Shown here one piece after another: positions 49,410-64,000 of a DNA stretch of 64,000 nt. Origin of the DNA: Eledone cirrhosa (Eukaryota); contig CAXHJY010000876.1 in NCBI GenBank assembly GCA_964016885.1, positions 13,158-77,157 of the forward strand, written 5' to 3'. The notes under the pieces were generated by a model. The model did no database searches, was not told the origin of the DNA, and saw nothing but the letters and a program-made list of their open reading frames with translations. The position numbers and the translations under genes were made by a program. Each line of letters begins with the position of its first letter. The first letter of the stretch is position 1.

Positions 49410-49725
49410 TGGGAAGTGGCTCAGCGACCGTATCTGTATCTGAGTTGTCCAACATTACCAAACTTAGACCAATTACATCAATTGTCATGTCAAGAGTTCT
49501 CAAACTAAAACGATCAACTCGTGGTGTGAGTAGGTTATGCCTGGAAGGAAGGTTGGCTGGTGAGAGAAGCAGAGGCTGGCAGCCAAAACGATGGCTTGAT
49601 AATGTCAACTTATGGACTGGACTTGATCTTTGCTCTTTGAACTCTGCTGCTGGTGATCGAACTTTGTGGAGAGAGACATCTCATGTTGATGTGCAGTCTG
49701 CAACTGGCGGAGTTTAGCGTCACAA
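49410..49725 (+). mobile_element. Decayed RTE (BovB-like) LINE 3' end
   Basis: Translation LCLEGRLAGERSRGWQPKRWLDNVNLWTGLDL..L...AGDRTLWR matches the RTE C-terminal G.R.RGR...RW.D...W...A.DR..WR pattern. Confidence 0.8.
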
Positions 49726-50264
49726 GAATGCTTAGTAAGAGCTTTTCAGTTTATAGTGATGGACGATTTTCTCCATGTGTTGTAGACCGTCTTCTTTGGC
49801 TGAAGTCCAAGGAAAGCTATCACCTCTAAAAGATCTGGAAATGTTTGATATATTTGAACAAACTGAGGTGAAATGACCTTTATTAATAAATATCTGATAG
49901 TCACAAATAGTTCTAATATACCAGACACCTACAGCCCCTTCTCGTCAATCAATTCTTTTATTTTATATTGACGCGAACATAGTTTACGACAATGTCTCAA
50001 GCCCAACGACCCTGCGATCGAATTTGAATTCTAATTTCGTTTTAAACTAAACCTAAAAACACAACCGACTAACTTATTCACGTGATACAGGACGTTAATT
50101 CGTTGTTGTAAGCCATCGTACTTACCATTCATGTTGCTCGCATTTTCATAACGTTAATCACGGCATCCTTTTATACCCAAAGCATTTACCAGTAAAACAG
50201 AATGAACTGTTCAATACTATGCTCTTCCACACAGAGGTGGCAATAGGTAGTTCAGTTCAGTTTT

Positions 50265-50510
50265 GTCTTGTGTCCTCCTCTGGAGGATAGGCCACCAACA
50301 GGTTTTCTCCAACAATCATCAAGGCCCTAGTCTAGTCGCTCCAACTGTCTCTAGGAATGTCCCTATCTTTTTGCATGTACCTCCAAGATCATAGTCTCAA
50401 ATATTCCTAGGTCTTCCTCTTTTTCTTTACCCCGATGGATTCCAGGCAAGAGCTTGACATCTGGCATAATACATGTTTTTTGAGGATGTGATCAATCCAT
50501 CTTCAACACC
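50265..50510 (-). mobile_element. Decayed RTE LINE 3' end (third family)
   Basis: Minus-strand remnants read RWI.HIL...QALAWNP.G..KRGRPRN...QLERL...WRK..GGL. Confidence 0.7.
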
Positions 50511-50867
50511 TCAAAGACAGCCAAACAGCAATAGGTAGCCTGAGTGAAGGTCATTTGACCAACAGGAAATAGACTTCAAGTAGAATCCAATGAAACAATA
50601 TTTGTAATTCTTCATTTCACAGATAAGTATATATGTATGGACACGTAAATCCTGGTGGAGTTGTAAGGACGCCGTAGTGACTTGCGCGTTTCTGGGGTAT
50701 TTTTAAAACTCCAGGGAGTCCATCCCCTCTACAGTTCTGAACACAGCAAATTTCTTCCAGCTAACGAGAGGGGGATAAAGAAGAAGTGAGAAAGAGAGGC
50801 AAAGAGTGAGAGAAAGGAAGTGAGAAAGAGAGTCAGAGAAAGTAAGTGAGAAAGAGATATAGAGAAA

Positions 50868-51017
50868 TGACTGGTATTTTTTTTTTTAATCGAACTCGAA
50901 AGGATTAAAGGCAAAGTTGACCTGGGCGAGATTTGAACTGGAGGCGCAAAGAGCCACAACGTATACCGCAAAGCATGCTATCCGACATTCTTACGACTCT
51001 GTCAATTCGCTGCCCAT
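50868..51017 (-). mobile_element. Diverged SINE
   Basis: gactggtat...aatcgaactcgaaaggattaaaggcaaagttgacc...gatttgaact is the reverse complement of the SINE core. Confidence 0.7.
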
Positions 51018-51819
51018 TCTCCACAGATAAACAATTATGCAAATACGTTGATATATATCATTGTTACTAAAGTAACGAAAATTCTCGTTGCTAAATATTC
51101 GCTTCTGGTACACCTAATATAATGGAAATTTCTTTTCCTGGCCTAACGTCGAAAATGTGACCATATTAATTTAAACTTGTTATCTACGCTATAATTTTGT
51201 TTAATCGGCGTGAGGTTAAACTAGAAACTGCACATAATAATATATTTCTTATCTGCTTAAAATTCCCAATTTGATTTAATGGCAATGGTTAACATTAGAA
51301 TGTCTATGATATATTAGCGATATATTGGAGATTATTAGCATTGCAGTGTCTATAATGTATTATTTAATGGAGATGCTTAGCATTACGGTGTCTATTATTA
51401 ATATTATGGTTCGTTCACCCGGTCTTATTTATGAGAAAAATAATAATTAAGCTTAATTATTGTATGACGTGTTTAATGCATCGAAATAGTGAAATGAAAA
51501 GACAGGACTATTAATTAACATTCGACAAAAATGAAGTAAGTCCGTTTATTTATCTTTGCCATTCAATTTGATTATTGTAATTTGTTTAGTTGAAAATTAT
51601 ATTGGATTTCAATAGTATTCTGTATATTGGATCAACCTTAAACATCAGATAATTTAGAACAGTTGAAAGTAGATGAGGAGCGATAAAGATAAAAAGATGT
51701 GCTGAATTGCTAGGTTGCATGAATTTAGCTCAACGACTTTGAAAATGTGAGGTCTGAAGCATATTATATTCTTGCTAGCAAGTTAATCCGACGCTTTCTG
51801 TACACACATACATGCACAA

Positions 51820-51854
<35 letters not shown>

Positions 51855-51881
51855 CGATTATATATGCGTATATATATATGC

Positions 51882-51910
<29 letters not shown>

Positions 51911-51915
<5 letters not shown>

Positions 51916-51985
51916 GTTTCTACTTTAGGCACAAGGCCAGCAATTACCCAGTGCATTACTGGTACTTTATTTTATCGACCCCGTA
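51911..51985 (-). mobile_element. SINE 3' fragment
   Basis: taattgtttctactttaggcacaaggccagcaattacccagtgcattactggtac matches the SINE 3' end. Confidence 0.8.
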
Positions 51986-51991
51986 ATCCCT

Positions 51992-52029
<38 letters not shown>

Positions 52030-52512
52030 AGGGATGACAGGAATGTCAGCATGACTTGGCAAGCTATTTAGAACGCTGGTTTAACAACTTTACTTCCCTC
52101 CGAAGAAGAGATATCTCGAAAATTAAGGATATTTAAATAAATTTAAGGTAAAAGACTAATTGTCAACGATATCTTTTGCATTTGCATTTATATTCTATAT
52201 CCATACCTGCATTGTTTTGGCTTTACAAATACAAACGTTTATACCTCATTACACAATGCTTCAAGTGAACTATAACTTCCTCCATATATATATATGTGTA
52301 TATATATATATGAATATATATGTATATATATATGAATATATATGTATATATATATGAATATATATATATATATATGTATATATGTGGGTGTGCGTGTGGG
52401 TACATATATTTATGTGTGTGTGTGTGTATGGGTCTGCGTGTAGGTATATATATATACGAATTTTTATGAAAATTCATATATAAGATTTTTAATTAATGTG
52501 TACACCCCCCTC

Positions 52513-52575
<63 letters not shown>

Positions 52576-52825
52576 GGAGAGAGAGAGACCTATCAATGTC
52601 TATGTTTCTCGTTTCCCTTTCTCTCTCTGTATATATTTGTAAATAGTCATTAGGACTATCGTCTTGCTCTTTGTCCATTTGATAATGACCTTTGTGGTCT
52701 AGAAACAGTTGTATCGATCTTAAAGCACTGAAACAACATATCTCTAGCGATCGACTGGAAGAAAGAAAGACATTTGGAGAGGTGTGTGTGTGTGTGTGTG
52801 TGTGTGAGATAGAGAGAGAGAGCGA

Positions 52826-53155
52826 AGACACGAGGCTTAGTGGTTAGAGTTTTCGGCTCACGATGAGAAAGTCGTGAGATCAACTCCCTCCCTGGGCGAT
52901 CCATTGAGTCTTGAAGCAAAACCCTTTACTTTACGTAGCTTCAGTTCACTCAGCTGAAAAAGGCCCCACCAAATGAGCTGTACATGTATTTTAAAGGCCT
53001 TGCTTTATCACACACTATGTTATGCAGAATTTCCCCGTAAACTACGTTATGGACGGATGTATCACTGGAATGCTTACACACTTGCATATTAATTTCACAA
53101 GCTGGCTGTTCAGTTGTTCGGTCAGCTATAACATGCATCGTTAGAACCAACGGAG
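52826..53155 (+). mobile_element. Second-family SINE with tail shared with 40400-40555 (-) and 41620-41985 (+)
   Basis: Head ggcttagtggttagag; the tail resembles the gaatctccctgag...tggaatgctcagccactt...gttaattt units at 41620-41985. Confidence 0.6.
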
Positions 53156-53211
53156 GTCCAACACATACGCACATATACATACTTATATGCATACATATAT
53201 GCATGCATACC

Positions 53212-53318
<107 letters not shown>

Positions 53319-53372
53319 TAATAAAAACAATGAATAAAAACAAAGAAACAGTTCATTATATTAAAAAATTCA

Positions 53373-53504
53373 TCATTTTACGATCGTTTCTAGGATATAT
53401 ATGTGTGTGTTGGTATGTATATCATATAGATGTATGTAAAAATTTTACAAACTATCAGAGGGAATATACATAACTACACATATATATGCTGTCTTCAGAA
53501 ATAA
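53373..53504 (-). ncRNA. Hammerhead ribozyme with long stem II, inside inverted repeat about 53311-53625
   Basis: Minus strand reads ttattt-CTGAAGA-cagcatatatatgtg...cacatatatatccta-GAAAC-gatc-GTA-aaatga. A partial relative lies at 56100-56180. Confidence 0.65.
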
Positions 53505-53942
53505 ATTATTATTATATAGATCTATATGATATACATACCAACACACACATATATATCCTAGAAACGATCATAAAATGATAAATTTTTTAATATAAGGAAC
53601 TGTTTCTTTGTTTTTATTAATTTATCCTGACTCTGTTTTCCTGTGATTTTCATCGAAAAGATTTTTGAATACATCTTCTCTTTTCATGATATTTGGATTA
53701 CATTGAGTTCTTCATATAGATTGGACACTACCGTATATTTTGGTAGATTTATCTACACACATATATATATATAGTAATAATAATAAATGTGAACACTAAA
53801 ATCCAAAGAAGGCTCGATAAGGATAAATATATATCAAATAAGAACCATTGAGCGAATATTTATGAAAATAACAGATTAAAATTTAAGCAAAGATCCTGCT
53901 TTCATCCTTAACGGGATCTTCTGTGTGTGTGTGTGTGTGTGT

Positions 53943-54136
53943 ATCACGAGTTCCATTGGGGGTAACCACAGTAAGTAAGGTACTCAATACTCAATACATA
54001 GCAGAGTATAAATATTTAATATAGAAATGGGTACTACTGGTTCATTCGAAGGAAATCACCAGGAAAGCGCTTTCCTGGTGAATTCCTTCGAATGAAACAG
54101 TTCTAATCCTGAAGAAGCCATTTCTATATTAAATAT
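53943..54136. mobile_element. Family B fold-back element (hairpin centred on gaaagcgctttc, about 54068)
   Basis: The inverted arms carry decayed CTGGTGA..gaat-GAAAC cores. Confidence 0.6.
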
Positions 54137-54165
54137 ATGTATATATATATGTGTGTGTGTGTATG

Positions 54166-55544
54166 TTTTCTCTTTCTCTTAATTTCGAGTATATTTTTTT
54201 GACCGGCCACCTTCCTGGTGGCAAGGTTGTAAAAGAAAAGAAATTGTCATCCCTTGAATCGCAAGAATGTTTTGCAAATTTTGAAGGTGCCAGCTATCGC
54301 AGCCATTTGTAGACTATGAATTAGGGAGCTGCGATTTTTGTCCACAAATCCAAGTTCAGTCATACTTTGGTCCAAGCCGGTTGGTATATAACCCGTAGCA
54401 CCAATAATGATGGGTATGAAGCTAAAGGTGTATCTTGGATACTGGATTTGTAAACTCCTCATCAATGGTCCGTAGATGTCCTCCTTCTCCTGTATTTTTC
54501 TGACAACGTTTACATCAAGTGGGCAGCTGATCTCCACAACAGAACACGTTTTCAATGTGTGGTCCCAAACTTCAATATCAGGCCGGTTGTGCTTTAATTT
54601 GGTGGCAGTTTTTATTTTCAGGTTCCACCAGTATTCCTTAGTGCCATTTGTCTCAATATATTCTTCCTCGTTTGTTGTTAATTTTGTTTTCCGAAGTGCG
54701 TTCCAGATGGTTCTAGCTATCCCATCGTGTCTCATGGGGAGGTAGTAGCGAGATGACATTCTTTCGCAGCTGGCAACAATGTGGCTTACATCCTCGATCT
54801 TTGTTTTACATAGCCTACATTTATTGTCAGCTGCTGGCCCTCCTCTTTTGTGCAGCAGATATTTGGTAGGGAGTTCTTGTTCCTGTATTGCATAGAGATA
54901 TCCCTCAAGGTGTGATGTCATAAACTTGTCGGAACTCCATGCCAGGCTTTTTGAGTGGTTTATCCCCTCTATGGTCTGTGTTTTACGCCTCAAGTATCCA
55001 TGCACAACTTTTTCTGTAAATTGGTCAATTTTTTTATCTTGTTTGAACATTGAATAGGATCTTCCGATTTCTCTGGGTGAGAGATTTATATCGGGCTTTA
55101 TTCCATATCTCTCCTCCAGATCAGTCGCTATTCTAATGATATTTCTTTTTTCATGGTCATAAACCTGGGCAAGATGGTTGCCAACCTTTTTCCTCTGTTG
55201 AAGGTCTTGCTTCAGTGTCACTATCCGGGTCTCATATGTTGTTAATATTGATTTTAGACCCCGGCCACCTTCCTTGGGTGAGAAGTATAGCCTATCCACA
55301 TCACCATTGATGTTAAAGTTCCCAGTACCACTGAGAAGTTTTCGAGTTCTAACATCCATCTCACTTAGTTCTTGCAATGACCAGTTCAGTAGGCCAAATG
55401 TTGGCGTTAGAATTGGCACAGCATAAGTATTGTGGGCAATGTATTTGTTGTATGCGGACAGTTCTGATGACCATATTTTCTTTACTCTTCTGAGGTATTC
55501 AGTTCTGGTTCTCTCCTTATTTATGGGTCCATCATATCTGACAT
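54166..55544 (-). mobile_element. 5'-truncated R4/Dong-clade non-LTR retrotransposon (RT thumb region, CCHC zinc knuckle, restriction-like endonuclease, 3' UTR)
   Basis: Open frame 54247 to about 55542 ([33 protein letters not shown]...[10 protein letters not shown]...) contains [29 protein letters not shown] and VVEISCP...KEDIY. The 5' junction abuts (ACAT)n. Confidence 0.92.
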
Positions 55545-55709
55545 GTATGTATGTATGTATGTATGTGTGTATATATATGTATGTGTATATATATGTATGT
55601 GTATATATATGTATGTGTATATATATGTATGTATATGTATATATATGTATGTATATATGTATATGTATGTATGTATATGTATGTATGTATATATATGTAT
55701 GTATATATG

Positions 55710-55740
<31 letters not shown>

Positions 55741-55911
55741 GTATATGTATGTGTATGTATGTATGTATATATGTATGTATATATATATATGTATATATAT
55801 ATGTATGTATATATATATATGTATGTATGTATATATGTATGTATGTATATATATATGTATGTATATATATATGTATGTATATATATATGTATGTATATAT
55901 ATATGTATGTA

Positions 55912-55947
<36 letters not shown>

Positions 55948-56459
55948 TGTATGTATGTATGTATATATATATGTATGTATATATATATGTATGTATATAT
56001 ATATGTATGTATATATATATGTATGTATATATATATGTATGTATATATATATGTATGTATATATATATGTATGTATATATATATGTATGTATGTATATAT
56101 AAAATATTAAACAAATAATGAATAAACAATTCCTTATATTAAACAAAAAAATTCATTATTAAACGATCGTTTCTAGGGTATATATATATGTATGTATATA
56201 TATATATATGTATGTATATATATATATATGTATGTATATATGTATGTATGTATATATATATGTATGTATATATATATATATGTATGTATATATATATGTA
56301 TGTATATATATATATATGTATGTATATATATATATATGTATGTATATATATATGTATGTATATATATATGTATGTATATATATATGTATGTATATATATA
56401 TATATGTATGTATATATATATGTATGTATATATATATGTATGTATATATATATGTATGT

Positions 56460-56490
<31 letters not shown>

Positions 56491-56493
56491 TGT

Positions 56494-56524
<31 letters not shown>

Positions 56525-56561
56525 TGTGTATATGTGTATATGTATATATATATATGTATGT

Positions 56562-56592
<31 letters not shown>

Positions 56593-56613
56593 TGTATATA
56601 TGTATATGTATGT

Positions 56614-56644
<31 letters not shown>

Positions 56645-56647
56645 TGT

Positions 56648-56678
<31 letters not shown>

Positions 56679-56681
56679 TGT

Positions 56682-56712
<31 letters not shown>

Positions 56713-56747
56713 TGTATATATATATGTATGTATATATATATGTATGT

Positions 56748-56778
<31 letters not shown>

Positions 56779-56801
56779 TGTATATATATATATGTATGTA
56801 T

Positions 56802-56832
<31 letters not shown>

Positions 56833-59009
56833 TATGTATGTATATATATATATGTATGTATATATATATATGTATGTATATATGTATGTATATGTGTATA
56901 TATATATGTATGTATATGTGTATATATATATGTATGTATATGTGTATGTATATATGTGTATGTATGTATATGTGTATGTATGTATGTATATGTGTATGTA
57001 TATATGTATATGTGTATGTATATATGTATATGTGTATGTATATATGTATATGTGTATGTATATATGTATATGTGTATGTATATATGTATATGTGTATGTA
57101 TATATGTATATGTGTATGTATATATGTATATGTGTATGTATATATGTATATGTGTATGTATATATGTATATGTGTATGTATATATGTATATGTGTATGTA
57201 TATATGTATATGTGTATGTATATATGTATATGTGTATGTATATATGTATATGTGTATGTATATATGTATGTGTATATGTATATATGTATGTGTGTATATG
57301 TATGTGTGTATGTATATATGTATGTGTGTATGTATATATGTGTATATATATATGTCTGTATATATATGTCTGTATATATATGTCTGTATATATATGTCTG
57401 TATATATATGTCTGTATATATATGTCTGTATATATATGTATGTATGTATGTATATATATGTATATATATGTATGTATGTATATATATGTATATATATGTA
57501 TGTATGTATATATATATGTATGTATGTATGTATATGTATGTATGTATGTATGTATATATATGTATGTATGTGTATGTATGTATGTATGTATGTATGTATG
57601 TATGTATGTATATGTATGTATGTATATATATGTATATATATGTATGTATGTATATATATGTATATATATGTATGTATGTATATATATGTATATATATGTA
57701 TGTATGTATATATATGTATATGTATGTATGTATATATATGTATATATATGTATGTATGTATATATATGTATATGTATGTATGTATATATGTATATATATG
57801 TATGTATGTATATATATGTATATATATGTATGTATGTATATATATGTATATATATGTATGTATGTTATATATATGTATATATATGTATGTATGTTATATA
57901 TGTATGTATGTATATGTATGTATATATATGTATGTATGTATATGTATGTATATATATGTATGTATGTATATATATATGTATATATATGTATGTATGTATA
58001 TATATGTATATATATGTATGTAGTATATATTATATATATATGTATGTATGTATATATATGTATATATATGTATGTATGTATATATATGGATATGTATGTA
58101 TGTATATATATGTATATGTATGTATGTATATATATGTATATGTATGTATTATAATATGTATGTTATGTATATGTATGTATGTATATATATGTATATGTAT
58201 GTATATGTATGTATATATATGTATGTATGTATATATATGTATATATATGTATGTATGTTATATATGTATATATATGTATGTATGTATATATATGTATATA
58301 TATGTATGTATGTATATATATGTATATATATGTATGTATGTTTATATATGTATATATATGTATGTATGTTATATATGTATATATGTATGTATGTATATAT
58401 ATGTATGTTATGTATGTATATATCTGTATGTATATGTATGTATATATATGTATGTATATGTATGTATATATTATATGTATTTATATGTATGTATATATAT
58501 TATGTATATGTATGTCTATATATATGTATATATATGTAAGTATATATATATTTATATTATATGTATGTATAATATTATATGTATGTATATATATATGTAT
58601 ATGTATGTATATATATATGTATATGTATGTATATATATATGTATATGTATGTATATATATATGATATATGTATGTATATATATATGTATATGTATGTATA
58701 TTATATATATGTATGTATATATATATGTTATGTATGTATATAATATATGTATATGTATGTATCTCTATCATGTAATGTATGTATATATATATGTATATGT
58801 ATGTATATATATATGTATATGTATGTATATATATATGTATATGTATGTATTATTATATATGTATATGTATGTAATATATAATATGTATATGTATGTATGT
58901 ATGTATATATATGTATATATATTTATGTATATATATGTATATTATATATGTATATATATGTCTATATATATGTATATATATGTATATATAATATGTATAA
59001 TATGTATGT

Positions 59010-59054
<45 letters not shown>

Positions 59055-59550
59055 GTATATATATATGTATGTATGTATATATATATATATGTATGTATAT
59101 TATATATATATGTATGTATGTATATATATATATATGTATGTAATATATACTATATGTAATGTATTATATATATATGTATGTATGTATATATATATGTATG
59201 TATATATATATATATGTATGTATATATATATGTATGTATATATATATGTATGTATATATATATATATGTATGTATATATTTATATATATGTATGTATGTA
59301 TGTATATATATATGTATGTATGTATATATGTATGTATGTAGTATATATATATGTATGTATGTATGATATACTATATATGTAATGTATGTATGTATATATA
59401 TATGTATGTATGTATGTATATATATATGTATGTATGTATGTATACTATATATGTATGTATGTATATATATATGTATGTATGTATGTATGTATATATATGT
59501 ATATATATGTATGTATGTATGTATGTATATATATGTAATATATATGTATG

Positions 59551-59584
<34 letters not shown>

Positions 59585-59931
59585 TATATGTATGTATGTA
59601 TATATATGTATGTATGTATATATATATGTATGTATGTAATATATAAATATATATGTATGTATATATATATATGTATGTATATATATATATGTATGTATAT
59701 ATATATGTATATATGTATGTATATATATATGTATGTATATATGTATGTATATATATATGTATGTATATATGTATGTATATATATATGTATGTATATATGT
59801 ATGTATATATGTATGTATATATATATATGTATATGTATATATGTATGCTATATAATATATGTATATATATATGTATGTATATATGTATATATATATATGT
59901 ATATGTATATATGTATGTATATATATATATG

Positions 59932-60018
<87 letters not shown>

Positions 60019-61489
60019 GTATATATATGTATATATGTATATATATATATGTATGTATAATATATGTATATATATATATGTATATATATATATGTATATA
60101 TATATATGTATGTATATATATGTATATATGTATGTATATATGTATGTATATATGTATGTATATATGTATGTATATGTATGTATATATATATGTATATATT
60201 ATATATATAGTATATATATATATGTATGTATATATGTATGTATATGTATGTATATTATATATGTATTTATATATATATATGTTATATATATAATGTATGT
60301 ATATATGTATGTATACTGTATGTATATATATATATGTATTTATATGTATATATGTATATATATATATATATGTATGTATGTATATATGTATATATATATG
60401 TATATATATACTTATATATGTGTATATATATATGTGTAATATACTATAATATATATGTGTATATATATGTATATATGTATATGTATATATGTATATACTA
60501 TATATGTATATATATATGTGTATATATATATGTATTTATATATATGTATATCATATATGTATATATATATATGTATATATACTATATGTATATATATATG
60601 TATATATGTATATATATATGTGTATATATATATGTATATGTGCTTAATATACTATATATATGTATATATGTATATGTATATATGTATGTATATATGTATA
60701 TATATATGTATATATATGTATATATATATATGTATATATATATGTATATACTATATATATGTATATATATACTGTATATATACTATATATGTATATATAT
60801 ATATGTATATATATATATATGTATATATATATATGTATATAATATATACTGTATATATATATATGTATATTATATATATGTATTATATATATATGTATAT
60901 ATATATATATGTATATATATATGTATATATATATATATGTATATATGTATATATTATATATGTATATCATAATGTATATATATATGTATATATATATGTA
61001 TATACGATATATGTATATCATATATGTATATATATATGTATATATATATGTGTATATATATATGTATATATATATGTGATATATATATGTGTATATATAT
61101 ATGTATATATATATATGTATATATATATGTATGTACTTTATACTGTATGTATATATGTATGTATATATATATGTATGTATATATATATGTATATATATAT
61201 GTATATATATATGTATGTATATATGTATGTATATATGTATGTATATATGTATGTATATATATATGTATGTATATACTATATGTATATATATAATGTATTA
61301 TATATATGTATGTATATATGTATATATATATGTATGTATATATGTATGTATATATGTATGTATATATGTATGTATATATGTATGTATATATGTATGTATA
61401 TATATATGTATATATATATATGTAATGCTATATATATGTATGTAATATATATGTATGTATATATATATGTATGTATATATATAGTACTG

Positions 61490-61540
<51 letters not shown>

Positions 61541-61657
61541 GTATGTAATATATATGTATGATATATATATGTATATATATGTATGTATATATAATGTATG
61601 TATATATATATATGTATCTATATATATGTATATATGTATATGATATATATATATATG

Positions 61658-61693
<36 letters not shown>

Positions 61694-61700
61694 ATGTATG

Positions 61701-61732
<32 letters not shown>

Positions 61733-61766
61733 ATGTATGCTATATATATGTATGTATTTATATATG

Positions 61767-61830
<64 letters not shown>

Positions 61831-61918
61831 ATGTATATATATGTATGTATATATATGTATATATATGTATGTAATACTATATGTATGTATATATATGTAT
61901 ATATATATATGTATATAT

Positions 61919-61953
<35 letters not shown>

Positions 61954-61960
61954 GTATGTC

Positions 61961-61995
<35 letters not shown>

Positions 61996-62002
61996 TGCTA
62001 TG

Positions 62003-62033
<31 letters not shown>

Positions 62034-62351
62034 GTATAATATGTATGTATGTATATATATATGTATTATATATATATATATATGTATGTATGTAATATAT
62101 GTATGTATCTATATATATGTATGTATGTATATATGTATGTATATTATATATGAATGTATTATATATGTATATATATATGTATATATGTATGTATACTATA
62201 TACTGTATATATGTATGTATATATTATGTATATATGTATGTATATATATAATGTATGTATGTATGTATATATATGTATGTATGTATATATATGTATGTAT
62301 GTATATATGTATGTATGTATATATACTAATGTATGTATGTATATATATATG

Positions 62352-62383
<32 letters not shown>

Positions 62384-62416
62384 TGTATGTATATATATCA
62401 TGTATGTATATATATG

Positions 62417-62448
<32 letters not shown>

Positions 62449-62452
62449 TATG

Positions 62453-62499
<47 letters not shown>

Positions 62500-62545
62500 T
62501 TATATGTATGTATGTATATGTATGTATGTATATATATGTATGTAC

Positions 62546-62581
<36 letters not shown>

Positions 62582-62698
62582 TGTATATGTATGTATATAT
62601 ATATATGTATTATATATATATATGTATCTTATGTATGTATATTATATATATGTATATGTATGTATGTATGTATATGTATGTATGTATGTATATATATG

Positions 62699-62730
<32 letters not shown>

Positions 62731-62855
62731 TATGTATGTATGTATAATGTATGTATGTATATATATATGTATGTATATATATATATGTATGTATGTATAT
62801 GTATGTATGTATATATGTAATGTATGTATATGTATGTATATATATGTATGTATGT

Positions 62856-62889
<34 letters not shown>

Positions 62890-63085
62890 GTATATATATA
62901 TATGTATGTATATATATATGTATGTATATATATATGTATGTATATATATATATGTATGTATATATATATATGTATGTAATATATATATGTATGTATTATA
63001 TATATGTATGTATATATGTATGTATGTATATATATATATGTATGTATATATATATATGTATGTATATATGTATGTATGTATATAT
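55545..63085. repeat. About 7.5-kb (TA)n/(TATG)n compound microsatellite (interrupted at 56100-56180)
   Basis: Direct reading of the sequence. Confidence 0.95.
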
Positions 63086-63726
63086 ATGTCAGGTTACACA
63101 GTTGGTGCTACTGGTAACATGTATACCCAGTACAAACCTGTCTCATGGTCGGGTCCGTTGGCGACATAAACTGGCAACCCACCAAGGTTTCTTGGTGAGG
63201 AGGGTGACTTTGGAAATCCTGCAGGACTAAAAACAAAACCTGTCAAAGGTACAAAGGAGCTCTTAAGAGTCACAATGGCCATCCAAAAAAACACCGGGAG
63301 AGATGACCCCTTAGCCTTTGTGCAAGGCAGAATTCTAGGAGAAGGAAAACTCTGATATAACACACTGCAAACCCCTGATGGTATCACAATGATGTTGACT
63401 TGTTCCTTCTTTTTGGTAAATATCATCTTGGTTAAGAGAGTGGGACTGGCTTTGTGCAGTGCCTTTCCTCACTATAAAAGCATTCACAACACAGGCATTG
63501 CTTTATATCTGGAGATCTCTCACTGCACTTGTCATCACATGGTACCATGGGCCACAGCAGCACTATGTGTCAAATAATTGTCACAAAGTGTAGTGTTTGT
63601 ACCAGAGTTTTCAAGTCGCTGGCTGAGACTAAAAGTCACACTCGTTCAGCGCATTCAGTAGGGGTTCTCCCTACATGGATATAAAGTAGTGGCCGTACTA
63701 CGAAAACGAGGTTGGCAGCCACCACC
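63086..63726 (+). mobile_element. Full-length copy of the non-autonomous RTE-derived element
   Basis: Reverse complement of the 19125-19719 family, with the same 5' start (atgtcagg) and scattered 1-nt indels. Confidence 0.8.
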
Positions 63727-64000
63727 TGTATATATATATATGTATGTATATATGTATGTATGTATATATGTATGTATGTATATATGTATGTATGTATATA
63801 TATATATGTAGTTTATATATATGTATGTACTACTATATATGTATGTCTATATATATGTATGTATTATATATGTATGTATATATATATGTATGTATATATA
63901 TATATGTAAGTATATATACTATGTATATATGTATATATATATATATGAATATATGTATATTAAATATTATGTATGTATATATATATGTATAATATATATA

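Overview
This is eukaryotic, extremely microsatellite-rich DNA. The tRNA-derived SINE families and (TA)n/(CA)n/(ATGT)n density suggest a cephalopod, probably Octopus, which is an inference. Almost every long ORF in the supplied track is a microsatellite artefact. The only convincing host gene is the first coding exon (31413-31857, +) of a 4,5-DOPA-dioxygenase/LigB-family extradiol dioxygenase; no further exon was found in the window. The rest is a dense retroelement landscape with four main parts. (1) About 20 short, mostly (TA)n-flanked segments carry type-I hammerhead ribozyme cores (CUGAnGA...GAAA...NUH), intact, partial or decayed. Many are arranged as fold-back inverted repeats, as expected for Penelope-like element termini, and several have unusually long stem II insertions. 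(2) R4/Dong-clade LINE fragments sit strand-specifically in (ACAT)n. (3) A roughly 620-bp non-autonomous RTE-derived element with (ATGT)n tails occurs in 4 copies. (4) Tx1-like 3' ends are stacked in (TATC)n. Also present are three RTE 3' fragments, SINEs (including a 191-bp tandem array), a hAT MITE with an 8-bp TSD and several minisatellites. All calls come from reading the sequence by eye; no searches were run.
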